Shown one piece after another: positions 55,519 to 64,000 of a stretch of DNA of 64,000 bases. The notes under the pieces were generated by a model that was not told the origin of the DNA, ran no database searches, and saw only the letters and a program-made list of their open reading frames with translations. The position numbers and the translations under genes were made by a program. Origin of the DNA: Candidatus Woesearchaeota archaeon (GTDB lineage: Archaea > Nanobdellota > Nanobdellia > Woesearchaeales > ARS49); assembly GCA_038891615.1 (NCBI GenBank), contig JAWADY010000002.1, positions 32,001-96,000 on the forward strand, written 5' to 3'. The first letter of the stretch is position 1. The number at the start of each line of letters is the position of its first letter.

Positions 55519-55747
55519 TTTTTGCTGGATAAAAAGGCATCGCAGCAATGCGACTTTGCGGCGAATTAAGATACAAAATGTTTGAGCTGGAATTCAGAAC
55601 TATGTTGCAAACCTTGAATAGGATTGAACATTTTGTGCACGGCAACGATAGGTTTAAATACGCCTAAGTCAAAGATTTTCAATGTTGTGTGTAGCTTATT
55701 CTACATGCAGCTCAATACAAAAATCGAAGAAAGGGTGAATAGATAAA

Positions 55748-56092
55748 ATGTACGGAAATTTTGGTGGGAGAGATTTCCGACCAAGAGGGGGCATTGCTCC
55801 CATAAAGGTTGGAGAAGAGCTTGATGTAACCATCGAAGCTGTTGGAGAGAAAGGGGATGGCATAGCCAAAAAAAATGGCTTTGTCATCTTTGTGCCAAAC
55901 ACAAAGCAAGGCCAAAAAGTCCGCATACGAGTGACAAAAGTCCTTGCAAAGGTCGGTTTTGCAGAGGTCGTTGAAGCAGCCAAGGAAGCCCCTGCCCCAG
56001 CAGCTGAGCCAGCTGTTGAAGAGGTTGCTGAAGAAGCTCCTAGCTCTCCAGAAGACACTGAGACCTTTGGTGAAGAAGAGACAGAGGAATAG
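55748..56092 (+). CDS. TRAM domain RNA-binding protein with acidic tail
   Basis: APIKVGEELDVTIEAVGEKGDGIAK..GFVIFVP. Confidence 0.92.
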   Translation: MYGNFGGRDFRPRGGIAPIKVGEELDVTIEAVGEKGDGIAKKNGFVIFVPNTKQGQKVRIRVTKVLAKVGFAEVVEAAKEAPAPAAEPAVEEVAEEAPSSPEDTETFGEEETEE

Positions 56093-56149
56093 TTACGTTT
56101 TGTTTTTTTTCGCAAATTTTTTATTATTCTTTTTATGCGGTCATGACTA

Positions 56150-56698
56150 ATGAGACTTTTTGTAGCAGTTGGTTTGCCGAAGGAGGTAAGTGAGCACTTG
56201 CACGAGCTCGCAGTGGCGCTTGCTTCTGAGCCTTCTGCTAAGGTTGCCCTTGCCGCTGGAAGCCATCTAACATTAAAATTTCTTGGAGAGCAACCAGAAG
56301 AGAAGCTAGAAGAAATAAAGAGCCTGCTTTCTGAAATTAGTTTTGAGCCATTCGAGGGAGCGCTCAATGGTATTGGATGGTTTCCTGGAGGAAAAAGGAT
56401 GCGTGTTATCTGGATTGGGATAAAACCAGAAGAAGCATTTTCTAAACTTCAACAAAAGGTGGAAAGCTCGCTTAAAAGCTTTGGCAAGGCAGAAGAAAGA
56501 GCCTTTTCTCCTCACATCACTTTGGCAAGAGTGAAGGCTATTTTTGACAAGGCTGCCTTTGCAAAAGCTGTTACAGAGCTCGGCAAGAGAGTGAAACAGC
56601 TTCGCTTTGTAGTTACCAGCTTTAGCCTTATGAAATCGACTCTAACCAAAAAAGGGGCTGTTTACGAGGAGTTGGCTAAATTTGTTGCAAAGGCTTGA
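56150..56698 (+). CDS. thpR: RNA 2',3'-cyclic phosphodiesterase (2H family)
   Basis: MRLFVAV, HLTLKFLGE, RVIW, PHITLAR. Confidence 0.93.
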   Translation: MRLFVAVGLPKEVSEHLHELAVALASEPSAKVALAAGSHLTLKFLGEQPEEKLEEIKSLLSEISFEPFEGALNGIGWFPGGKRMRVIWIGIKPEEAFSKLQQKVESSLKSFGKAEERAFSPHITLARVKAIFDKAAFAKAVTELGKRVKQLRFVVTSFSLMKSTLTKKGAVYEELAKFVAKA

Positions 56699-56807
56699 CA
56701 GAAATCTTTATAAAGGCTATTCAGTCGAATCTTGACAAAATAACCAACGCACAAAGCCTGCTTGGCTTTGCGCATCGGCTGTTGAGGTAGCCAAATTTGT
56801 TTATAAC

Positions 56808-57410
56808 ATGGCAGTCGAATCACAGTTTTTGGTCCCTCAAGAACTCTATCTTAAGTCCGGCATACACATAGGGACAAAGTTTAAGACTAGGTATATGGCC
56901 CCCTTTATTTACAAGACAAGGCCTGACGGGCTTGCCGTGCTCAACCTGCAAAAAATAGACCAACGAATAGGTATTGCAGCAAACCTTCTCGCACAATTTG
57001 CTCCAGAAGACATCGTTGTTGTTAGCAGGAGAGAGAATAGTTGGAAGGCTGTCAAGGCTTTTGGCAAGGTTGTTGGCTGCAGGGTGTTCGCTGGAAGATA
57101 TCCCCCTGGAATAATTACAAATCCTAGGCTTGAAAGCTACATGGAGGCAAAGATTTTTCTTGTTACTGATGCCTGGCCTGATAGAAATGCAATAAATGAT
57201 GCTCTTTCGCTTGGTATCCCTGTAATTGCGCTCTGCGATACCAATAACACTGCAAACAACATCGACCTAGTCATTCCATGCAACAATAAGGGGAAGAAAA
57301 GTCTAGGTTTGCTTTTTTTCATACTAGCGAGGGAATATCTCCGAAGACGAGGTCTTCTTGGCAAGGACGAGGAGCCTAAATTTACCCTCGAAGACTTTGT
57401 TGAGGAATAA
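56808..57410 (+). CDS. rps2: 30S ribosomal protein S2
   Basis: YLKSGIHIGT, RPDGL, GRYPPG..TNP, IPVIALCDT, IPCNNKG. Confidence 0.96.
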   Translation: MAVESQFLVPQELYLKSGIHIGTKFKTRYMAPFIYKTRPDGLAVLNLQKIDQRIGIAANLLAQFAPEDIVVVSRRENSWKAVKAFGKVVGCRVFAGRYPPGIITNPRLESYMEAKIFLVTDAWPDRNAINDALSLGIPVIALCDTNNTANNIDLVIPCNNKGKKSLGLLFFILAREYLRRRGLLGKDEEPKFTLEDFVEE

Positions 57411-58155
57411 TTTTATCGACGGCAGCTTTTAGCCCTTCCGGCACAATCTCAAAAAGAAGTTCGCGTTCTCCAGCAATACTCCTGTGCTTGCGAAGGATTG
57501 CTTTTCTCAGTCCACCATGACCAATCTGAAGCTCAATAAGACACTTGCTGCCATACTTCAGAATGTCTCCTCCTACCATTGCCATCCTGCGGCCGCTGGC
57601 ATGATTGCCATGCCACGCCAAAGGCTGTTCTAGCCTTTCCTCACGCTCAAATGTGCTATAAACCTGGTTTGTAAGAAGGACAGGGATTTTCTTCTTTCTC
57701 GCGATTTCAGTTAAGCCTGCAACCTGTAAGCCAAGCTCTCTATTAAAATTTCCACTACTGTTTCCTATCTTCCTTTCGAGCCTGTAGAGCATGGATATAG
57801 TATCGACAACAATCAATCCTATTTTCTGGTTTACCAGACTTTTCAGCCTTTCAATGCTTCTTTTTTGTTGTTGAAAGGTTGTTGGGTTTAGAAAAATTAT
57901 TTTCTCTAAAATTGGCTTGTAGTTTTTGGCAAGCTGTTTCAGTCTTGCTACCGAGAAACCTCCTTCTGTATCAACAAATATTGTTTTTTTCCCACGCTCT
58001 GCCGTTGCAATAGCAGCCAAAAGAGCGAGTGTTGTCTTTCCTGCCCCTGCAGGTCCATAAATTGTCGTAACAGCATCCTGCTCGTATCCACCTTCCAAAA
58101 AGGCATCAAGCAAAGAAGAGCCTGTCGGAACTCTCTGCTCGGTCAAGGTTACCAT
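57382..58155 (-). CDS. radB: DNA repair protein RadB
   Basis: GGYE..IYGPAGAGKT, VDTEGGFS, GGDILKY.SK, LRKHRS (RadB KHR motif). Confidence 0.93.
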   Translation of the reverse strand: MVTLTEQRVPTGSSLLDAFLEGGYEQDAVTTIYGPAGAGKTTLALLAAIATAERGKKTIFVDTEGGFSVARLKQLAKNYKPILEKIIFLNPTTFQQQKRSIERLKSLVNQKIGLIVVDTISMLYRLERKIGNSSGNFNRELGLQVAGLTEIARKKKIPVLLTNQVYSTFEREERLEQPLAWHGNHASGRRMAMVGGDILKYGSKCLIELQIGHGGLRKAILRKHRSIAGERELLFEIVPEGLKAAVDKIIPQQSLRG

Positions 58156-58292
58156 TTTGGATTAATTTTTTTTCAGATTTTATAACCTTTTTGTCTGTTC
58201 TGAGCGCATTCACAAAATTGAAACGAAACCATTGCCAAAGTCAGAGAAAAGTTTTTTAAGCCCTTTTCCGCACGCAACTAAAAAAGAGCACC

Positions 58293-59546
58293 ATGAACCC
58301 TATATTAAGTTTTTTTGTATGGACTGCTATATGTATTTCCCTTTACTTTTCAGTCTTTTGGCTACTTGTATTCATTGAGGGAGATGTTCAAACAAGGCAG
58401 CGCACTACAAAGCTAAAGCGCTTTCCTTACATCTCCGTTGTAGTTCCTGCATTTAATGAGGAAACTCATATTACCGAAACCCTCCATTCCCTTCTCAATC
58501 TAGATTATCCAAAGAAAAGGCTTGAAATAATTGTAGTGGATGATGGGAGCACTGATCGCACAGCAGAGATGGTCCAAAGCATAGCCAGGAAATTCAGCGA
58601 CAGGAAGATAAAACTTATTCGCAAGGTAAATGGGGGAAAGGGAAGCGCGCTGAATGCAGGGCTCAAAAAGGCCAAAGGGGAGTTATTTGTCTGCATGGAT
58701 GCGGATTCTATTGTGCTGCCTGACGCCCTCCGCAAAGCACTCATCCACTTTGAACCTGATGTGGCAGCAGTCCTGCCATTGCTGAAAGTGAAGAATCCAA
58801 AAGCTGTTGTTCAGAAAATGCAATGGTTTGAATACCTTATCAACATGTTTTACAAGAAGCTTCTTTCAAAGCTAAACTGCATTCATGTCGCACCAGGCCC
58901 CTTCTCCGTCTACAGAACAGCCGTCCTTAAGGAGGTTGGCGGATTTGATGAGCACAATCTTACTGAAGACCTTGAGATGACCCTTCGTTTGCAATCAAAG
59001 AACTATAGAATCGTTCAGCTTGATAACACCAGCGTGTACACAATCTCACCACATTCTTTTAAAGAGTTTTATAAACAGCGCAACAGATGGTACAAAGGAA
59101 CTCTTCTTAACCTTGCAAAATATAAACATATGATTTTTAACTCAAAGTATGGCGATTTCGGCCTATTTCAGCTTCCTTCTGTCCTGCTTACAGGGGTTGT
59201 TGCACTGATCCTTTTCTCCTCTTTTGTGTGGGACAAGCTAAAGCCTTCTTTCGATTTTCTGTACAGGCTCAAATTCGTTAACTTTGATTTTATGACGCTA
59301 CTCCGTGATTTTCATTTTGAAATAAAATTCTTAGATTTAGACATCCGATGGCTCTTCACTTTTGCGATTGTCATGACTCTCGCAATTTTCATCCTTATCA
59401 AGTCCCATCAGCTGACCAAGGAGCGCATTAAGCCAAAAAGCACCATCCCGCTTTTGATCTATCTTTTTGGTTACTATGCCCTGCTAACCATTGTTTGGAT
59501 AACTGTTCTTTTTGAACTCGCAATTGGCAGAAGGCAGAGGTGGTAG
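58293..59546 (+). CDS. Processive GT2 glycosyltransferase (PgaC/IcaA/cellulose synthase-like)
   Basis: VPAFNEE, DDGSTD, GK..ALN, DAD, LTED, QRNRW; flanking TM helices. Confidence 0.9.
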   Translation: MNPILSFFVWTAICISLYFSVFWLLVFIEGDVQTRQRTTKLKRFPYISVVVPAFNEETHITETLHSLLNLDYPKKRLEIIVVDDGSTDRTAEMVQSIARKFSDRKIKLIRKVNGGKGSALNAGLKKAKGELFVCMDADSIVLPDALRKALIHFEPDVAAVLPLLKVKNPKAVVQKMQWFEYLINMFYKKLLSKLNCIHVAPGPFSVYRTAVLKEVGGFDEHNLTEDLEMTLRLQSKNYRIVQLDNTSVYTISPHSFKEFYKQRNRWYKGTLLNLAKYKHMIFNSKYGDFGLFQLPSVLLTGVVALILFSSFVWDKLKPSFDFLYRLKFVNFDFMTLLRDFHFEIKFLDLDIRWLFTFAIVMTLAIFILIKSHQLTKERIKPKSTIPLLIYLFGYYALLTIVWITVLFELAIGRRQRW

Positions 59547-60242
59547 ATGGTTGAACGTACGATAAGCAAATCTAAATACATTCTTGCAGCTCTAATAACT
59601 GGCGTAATCTTTTTGCTTGGAATTGCCCTTGGCTTGGTTATTGAGGGCAAGAGGGTAACTTATGTTCAGGATTTTATGGATTCCCAACGAATTGAATTTA
59701 CGAGCTCACAACTCCAATACAGCTATTTGAAGGAGCTAAACAGGAAGGATGATTGTCCTGCAATTTACGAGATATTTTATTCAAACCTGCGAAACCTTGA
59801 GCGAACAGGAGCCCGCTTGGAAGGATACGCAGTCAACAGCAAAATAAATGACGAGGCTTTTAATCGCTTAAAGAGGGAGTACGTGCTTGAGGAATTGCGA
59901 TACTGGCTTCTTGCAAAACAAGCCAAAGAGTTGTGTGAAGACAAATTTATTACAATGCTGTATTTCTATTCGGATGATGAGCACTGTCCCCGCTGTGGCG
60001 ACCAGGAATTCGTGCTGAACTATCTCAAAAAGGCTTTTGAACAGAAGCTACTTATTTTCTCACTTGATGAAAGGCTCAATGAGCCAATGATTTTGATTCT
60101 AAAAAAGCAATACAATCTAACAACTTTTCCAACCCTTATTGTTGAAGAAAAGAAATATGCTGGCTTCACTTCAAAGGATATCCTTCTTAAAGAGCTCTGC
60201 AGCAGACTTGATGCTCCACCTTGTGAGGCTTTAAGAAAGTAA
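59547..60242 (+). CDS. Membrane-anchored protein with C-terminal thioredoxin-like fold
   Basis: N-terminal TM; YFYS..CPRC..Q..VL; FPTLIV. Confidence 0.7.
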   Translation: MVERTISKSKYILAALITGVIFLLGIALGLVIEGKRVTYVQDFMDSQRIEFTSSQLQYSYLKELNRKDDCPAIYEIFYSNLRNLERTGARLEGYAVNSKINDEAFNRLKREYVLEELRYWLLAKQAKELCEDKFITMLYFYSDDEHCPRCGDQEFVLNYLKKAFEQKLLIFSLDERLNEPMILILKKQYNLTTFPTLIVEEKKYAGFTSKDILLKELCSRLDAPPCEALRK

Positions 60243-60248
60243 AATTTC

Positions 60249-60638
60249 CTAGCAAGGTTCGCTCATCTCTGTAAGTGGTATCCTTAAGAGCCTTTCAAGC
60301 CTTTTTGCTTCTGCCAGTTCTGGCAAAAGCTCTCCGTTCTCAAACTTGCGAAGCACTGATTCCCTCACAGCAATCCTTGATGCAAACTCCTTTTGGGTCA
60401 AGCCTGTCTTTTCCCTCGTAATCCTCAATTTTTCTCCAAAATCGCTTACAACCCGCTCTATCGCCTTTTTTTCTGCAGGAAAACTTTGAGGTTTTGCCTG
60501 ACTCTTTTTGACGGCTTCAGTTGGCAAAACAGTCAAAACTTTTCCAAACCGGCTGCAGCTCTTGCAAAGCCAAAGCTCTGCACCTTCAACTAAACACCTT
60601 GCAAAGCTTTTTGTCCGATTACATATTTCACAAAGCAT
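60249..60638 (-). CDS. mbf1: Archaeal multiprotein bridging factor 1 (Zn ribbon + HTH)
   Basis: CEIC..VEGAEL.LCKSC..FG; REK.GLTQKEFA..ES...FE.G. Confidence 0.88.
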   Translation of the reverse strand: MLCEICNRTKSFARCLVEGAELWLCKSCSRFGKVLTVLPTEAVKKSQAKPQSFPAEKKAIERVVSDFGEKLRITREKTGLTQKEFASRIAVRESVLRKFENGELLPELAEAKRLERLLRIPLTEMSEPC

Positions 60639-60646
60639 AGGTTTAA

Positions 60647-61057
60647 CTACCCTTTCATCACCTTTACTACAAGCTTTCGCGCTCTTGGGCCATCAAATTC
60701 ACAAAGCCAGATTCTCTGCCATTCTCCAAGTGCAAGCCTTCCATCAAACACTGGTATTGCAAGCGAAGGGCCAATAAGACTTGCCTTTAGATGGGCCGTG
60801 GCGTTGTCATGAACCCTTCCATGTGCCCAACCCCCTTTCACCTTTTCAGGAGCAAACATTGAGAGCACTCTTAGAAAATCCTCCTTTATTCCTGGGTCTG
60901 CGCTTTCGTTTATCGCAAGGCAGGCTGTTGTGTGTTTTAGCCAAAGAAAAGCAACTCCAGAACTTGTGCCCAAGACGGTCTTTTCTATATCTTCAGTTAT
61001 ATCAACAATTTCTTCCTTTTTTGTTGTTTGAAAGCTTAACTCAATCATTCTCGACAT
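60647..61057 (-). CDS. yjbQ: YjbQ/UPF0047 family protein
   Basis: DIT, HTTA.L.INE, NA.AHLKA.L.G, LGEWQ.I..CEFDGPR.R. Confidence 0.92.
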   Translation of the reverse strand: MSRMIELSFQTTKKEEIVDITEDIEKTVLGTSSGVAFLWLKHTTACLAINESADPGIKEDFLRVLSMFAPEKVKGGWAHGRVHDNATAHLKASLIGPSLAIPVFDGRLALGEWQRIWLCEFDGPRARKLVVKVMKG

Positions 61058-61126
61058 TTTAACATCTCAGCACTTTAAAAACTTTCTTCAGCAAGATTTA
61101 AAAATGTACCCACCTACTTAAAAAGA

Positions 61127-62206
61127 ATGGTTCAAAAAGAGGAGCTAAAAAAAATTATTTGTTCAGCGCTTTCTTCTGGAATATCTCGTAAGGAGCTTGA
61201 AAATTTTCTTGCAGAGTTCGGTTGGCCACAAGAGATGGTTCATGAATATATCAACATCGACTGCGACAACCTCCCAATAATTTATGTTCGTGGAGTATCA
61301 AAAAGCTTTGGGAAGCATCAGGTTCTGCAAGATGTTACTTTTCATATCAATAAAGGTGAAATACTTGGTATAATCGGCGCAAGTGGCGTCGGAAAGACAA
61401 CCCTTCTTAACATCATTGTTGGTTTTGTTCAACCAGATTCTGGAGAGATTGTTTTAAATATTCCACATAAGCCTGGCTGGGGTGGTTCGCGTGATGTCAA
61501 AAGGATGTTTGGGTTTGCAGCGCAAACCCCTAGCTTTTATCCACACCTAACTGCGCGCGAAAACATTGAACACTTTGCCGCGCTCTACGGCTTCACAAAA
61601 GCTGAGCGCAGGCTAAGGGCAGAATCACTGCTAAAGCTCGTAGGACTTTCAGATTTCGCAGAATTACTTGCTTCACAGTTGTCTGGTGGAATGCAAAAAC
61701 GTCTTGATATAGCCTGCGCCCTTGTGCACAACCCTCCCATTCTAATACTAGATGAGCCTGTTGCTGACATTGATTTGCTTCTTAGGCAGCAAATGTGGAA
61801 CTTAATAAAAGCAATAAACAAGCGCGGCACAACGGTCATTATAGCTTCACACTTCCTTCTTGAGCTTGAAAGCTTGTGCACAAGAATTGCGCTCTTGCAC
61901 AAAAAAAAGATTACACAAATTGGAAGTCCTCCAGAGCTCAGCTCGGCTCTTCTAAAAAAGCACAGGATGACCTTGGAGCTAGCCTCACGCAACTATACCC
62001 AACTTTTTTCAGAACTTGCCCGCGACCCAAAGCTTAAGTGTCAGTTTTTTATTCAAGAAGGCAAAGCGGTGTTGTTGACAGAAAGTCCTGAAGAACTTCT
62101 ACACGCGCTTGTGCACATACTTGAACGCTCAAAAGACACTCTGCTAGAGTTGAATATTTCAAAGCCAACATTAAAGGAGCTGTTTGAGGTAGTGGAAAAG
62201 GGATAA
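61127..62206 (+). CDS. ABC-2 type transporter ATP-binding protein
   Basis: GASGVGKT, LSGGMQKRL, LILDEP, ASH. Confidence 0.93.
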   Translation: MVQKEELKKIICSALSSGISRKELENFLAEFGWPQEMVHEYINIDCDNLPIIYVRGVSKSFGKHQVLQDVTFHINKGEILGIIGASGVGKTTLLNIIVGFVQPDSGEIVLNIPHKPGWGGSRDVKRMFGFAAQTPSFYPHLTARENIEHFAALYGFTKAERRLRAESLLKLVGLSDFAELLASQLSGGMQKRLDIACALVHNPPILILDEPVADIDLLLRQQMWNLIKAINKRGTTVIIASHFLLELESLCTRIALLHKKKITQIGSPPELSSALLKKHRMTLELASRNYTQLFSELARDPKLKCQFFIQEGKAVLLTESPEELLHALVHILERSKDTLLELNISKPTLKELFEVVEKG

Positions 62207-62210
62207 TGCG

Positions 62211-63947
62211 ATGAGCGCGCTAATTGAACTAATACGAAAGAATCTCCTTCTTCTTGTTAGGGCTAGGGCTTCAGCATCGATTGTTGTATTTGGGCCGATG
62301 CTAGTGATATTTGTGGCTGGGCTTGCATTCGACAATATCGGTACCTATAACGTGCGAGTCGGGGTCTATTCTGCACACTTTAACGAGCTCTCAGAGTCCT
62401 TTGTGCAAACGCTCTCAAAGAACAGCATGAAGATTTCGCGTTTTGATTCCGAAAACAGCTGTGTTGACGCAGTCAGAGGAGGAGCGCTTCATACCTGTAT
62501 CGTCTTTTCGCCAGATTTCACTCTTGGTAAAGATGCAGCAAATGAGCTTTCCTTTCATATAGATCCCTCTAAAATAAACCTTGTCTGGGTGATTCTTGAA
62601 TCCCTTTCCTCAGCTGTCGCTGAAAGGACAAGGGAGCTTTCACTTAATCTTACCTCTGTTGCAATCAGAGCTATTGAGATAACTGATAATGAACTCTCTG
62701 GTAAAAAACCCGTTGTTATCCAGCTAGCAACTGAAAACGAAGAGGTTTCGCAAAAGGCATCAGAGATAAGAGAGCGTCTTGGCCGACTTGATCTCGGCAT
62801 TAATAAGTCAGCATTTGGAATTGAGGTTATGTCAAAAAGGCAAGAAGACATTCAAAATCATCTAGAAGAACTCAAGGCAATCTCAAATGAACTCGTGGGC
62901 AGCGTCGCTGAAAGGTTGAACAGAGCCAAAGATCTCGTTGAAAGTAGCGAACTGAACTCCACGATAAAAGAGAACATAACCGAAGCTCTGGCAAGGGCAA
63001 GGAACAGCCTTTCTTCTTTTGTCTCAACAATAAATCTAACAATGAATGCAACAACCACAAGCTTTGCTGAAGTTAACGCTTCATTACAGAACCTTGTTTA
63101 TCATGTTGAAACAACTGCCAACAAGCTTCAAGCAGTAGAAGAAACAAGAAATAGAGTCTTTGCAACTCTTGAAGCAGCAAAAGCAGAGCTGGACAGTTCA
63201 CTACTCGGAATTGCTTCTATTCAAAACTCCCTCAACAAAATTTCATCCATACTCTCAATGGTTCAAATTCGTGAACCAGAAAAGATTGTCCAACCCATCA
63301 CAACTGTAATAAAGCCAGTTGTTGCACAAAAGACTTATCTGAACTACATTTTCCCAATCCTTGTCATTCTTATTCTCATGTTCACCGCGCTTTTACTTGC
63401 TCCAACTTTGATACTCTTAGAGAAAAAATCAGCAGCCTTTTTTAGAAACTTCATGGCTCCAACTCCAGGTGTTGTACATCTTGGTTCAGTCTTTATAAGC
63501 TCTGGAATTATCCTTATCTTACAGCTTGCAGTACTCTTGGGAATCGCAGCCATAGGTTTCAAAGCTCAAATTACAACAAACATTGTCGCAACAGCAATAA
63601 TCCTTTTCATTTTGCTCATCCTTTTTATAACTCTTGGAATGATTTTGGGATACCTTTTTAATTCAGAAGAAACGGCAATGCTAGCGGCTATTGCACTTGG
63701 TTCTGTTTTTCTCTTCCTGTCAGACATAATCATCCCCATAGAGACCATGCCACCGGCTATAGAAGGGATGGCAAAACTGAACCCCCTTATCCTTGGCGGC
63801 CTTGCTCTTCGAAGAGCTATCATTTTCGGTGCGACACTTCAAGAACTATGGAAGGAGGTTGCAATTTTAGGAGGATATATTCTTGTCGCAGGACTTTTTG
63901 TTTTAGCAGCTTATTTATCAGGCAAGAGCAGGCAAAAAAATATTTAA
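62211..63947 (+). CDS. ABC-2 type permease with long extracellular coiled coil
   Basis: N-terminal TM, heptad-rich middle, C-terminal multi-TM with LSD...PIE.MP..NP. Confidence 0.85.
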   Translation: MSALIELIRKNLLLLVRARASASIVVFGPMLVIFVAGLAFDNIGTYNVRVGVYSAHFNELSESFVQTLSKNSMKISRFDSENSCVDAVRGGALHTCIVFSPDFTLGKDAANELSFHIDPSKINLVWVILESLSSAVAERTRELSLNLTSVAIRAIEITDNELSGKKPVVIQLATENEEVSQKASEIRERLGRLDLGINKSAFGIEVMSKRQEDIQNHLEELKAISNELVGSVAERLNRAKDLVESSELNSTIKENITEALARARNSLSSFVSTINLTMNATTTSFAEVNASLQNLVYHVETTANKLQAVEETRNRVFATLEAAKAELDSSLLGIASIQNSLNKISSILSMVQIREPEKIVQPITTVIKPVVAQKTYLNYIFPILVILILMFTALLLAPTLILLEKKSAAFFRNFMAPTPGVVHLGSVFISSGIILILQLAVLLGIAAIGFKAQITTNIVATAIILFILLILFITLGMILGYLFNSEETAMLAAIALGSVFLFLSDIIIPIETMPPAIEGMAKLNPLILGGLALRRAIIFGATLQELWKEVAILGGYILVAGLFVLAAYLSGKSRQKNI

Positions 63948-64000
63948 ATTGCCGCAATGAAAAAAGAGCATGGTGCTTAAGCTCTATAACACCCTTTCAA

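Noticed and set aside
55519-55747. Possible ncRNA (TCGCA-GCAA-TGCGA hairpin) after radA
   Set aside because: Only one short stem; no tRNA, SRP or RNase P features recognisable
55696-56367. 223-aa minus-strand ORF (and similar long antisense ORFs such as 25893-26495)
   Set aside because: Antisense to well-supported genes; shadow frames

Overview
Archaeal chromosomal DNA, most consistent with a DPANN (Woesearchaeota-like) lineage; this is inferred from archaeal-type information genes (Trm5, TyrS, RFC-S, pelota, PheS/T, L14e, L34e, Rpp30, RPA, RadA/RadB, uS2, aMBF1), TATA-type promoters and a very large set of pilin-like/surface genes. Two visibly AT-rich insertions interrupt the backbone. (1) 1904-9088 is bounded by ~42-bp imperfect inverted repeats and has the layout of a decayed integron: a deleted, nonsense-mutated tyrosine recombinase, a divergent GTTAGGC core site, an 87-bp attC-like hairpin and a small frameshifted SEC-C cassette. 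It carries an intact coupled operon: anticodon-domain-less AsnRS-like enzyme, divergent ProRS-like enzyme, two SAM methyltransferases, MccF-type S66 peptidase and RimL/MccE-type acetyltransferase. This operon is a candidate pathway for making, or resisting, an aminoacyl-nucleotide (aaRS-inhibitor) compound, and is the best candidate for an undescribed system. (2) 12444-14747 is flanked by a 9-bp direct repeat and holds a short peptide ORF, a frameshifted radical SAM/SPASM gene and tlyA. 27.2-52.9 kb is a surface-protein region with about 20 class III (pilin-type) signal peptide genes, including two unannotated 37/44-aa micro-pilins, a 1826-aa Ca-binding Cys-rich adhesin, a recent 539-bp duplication and a transmembrane Ser/Thr kinase. 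No rRNA, tRNA or CRISPR array was seen. All calls are from motif recognition by eye; no searches were run.
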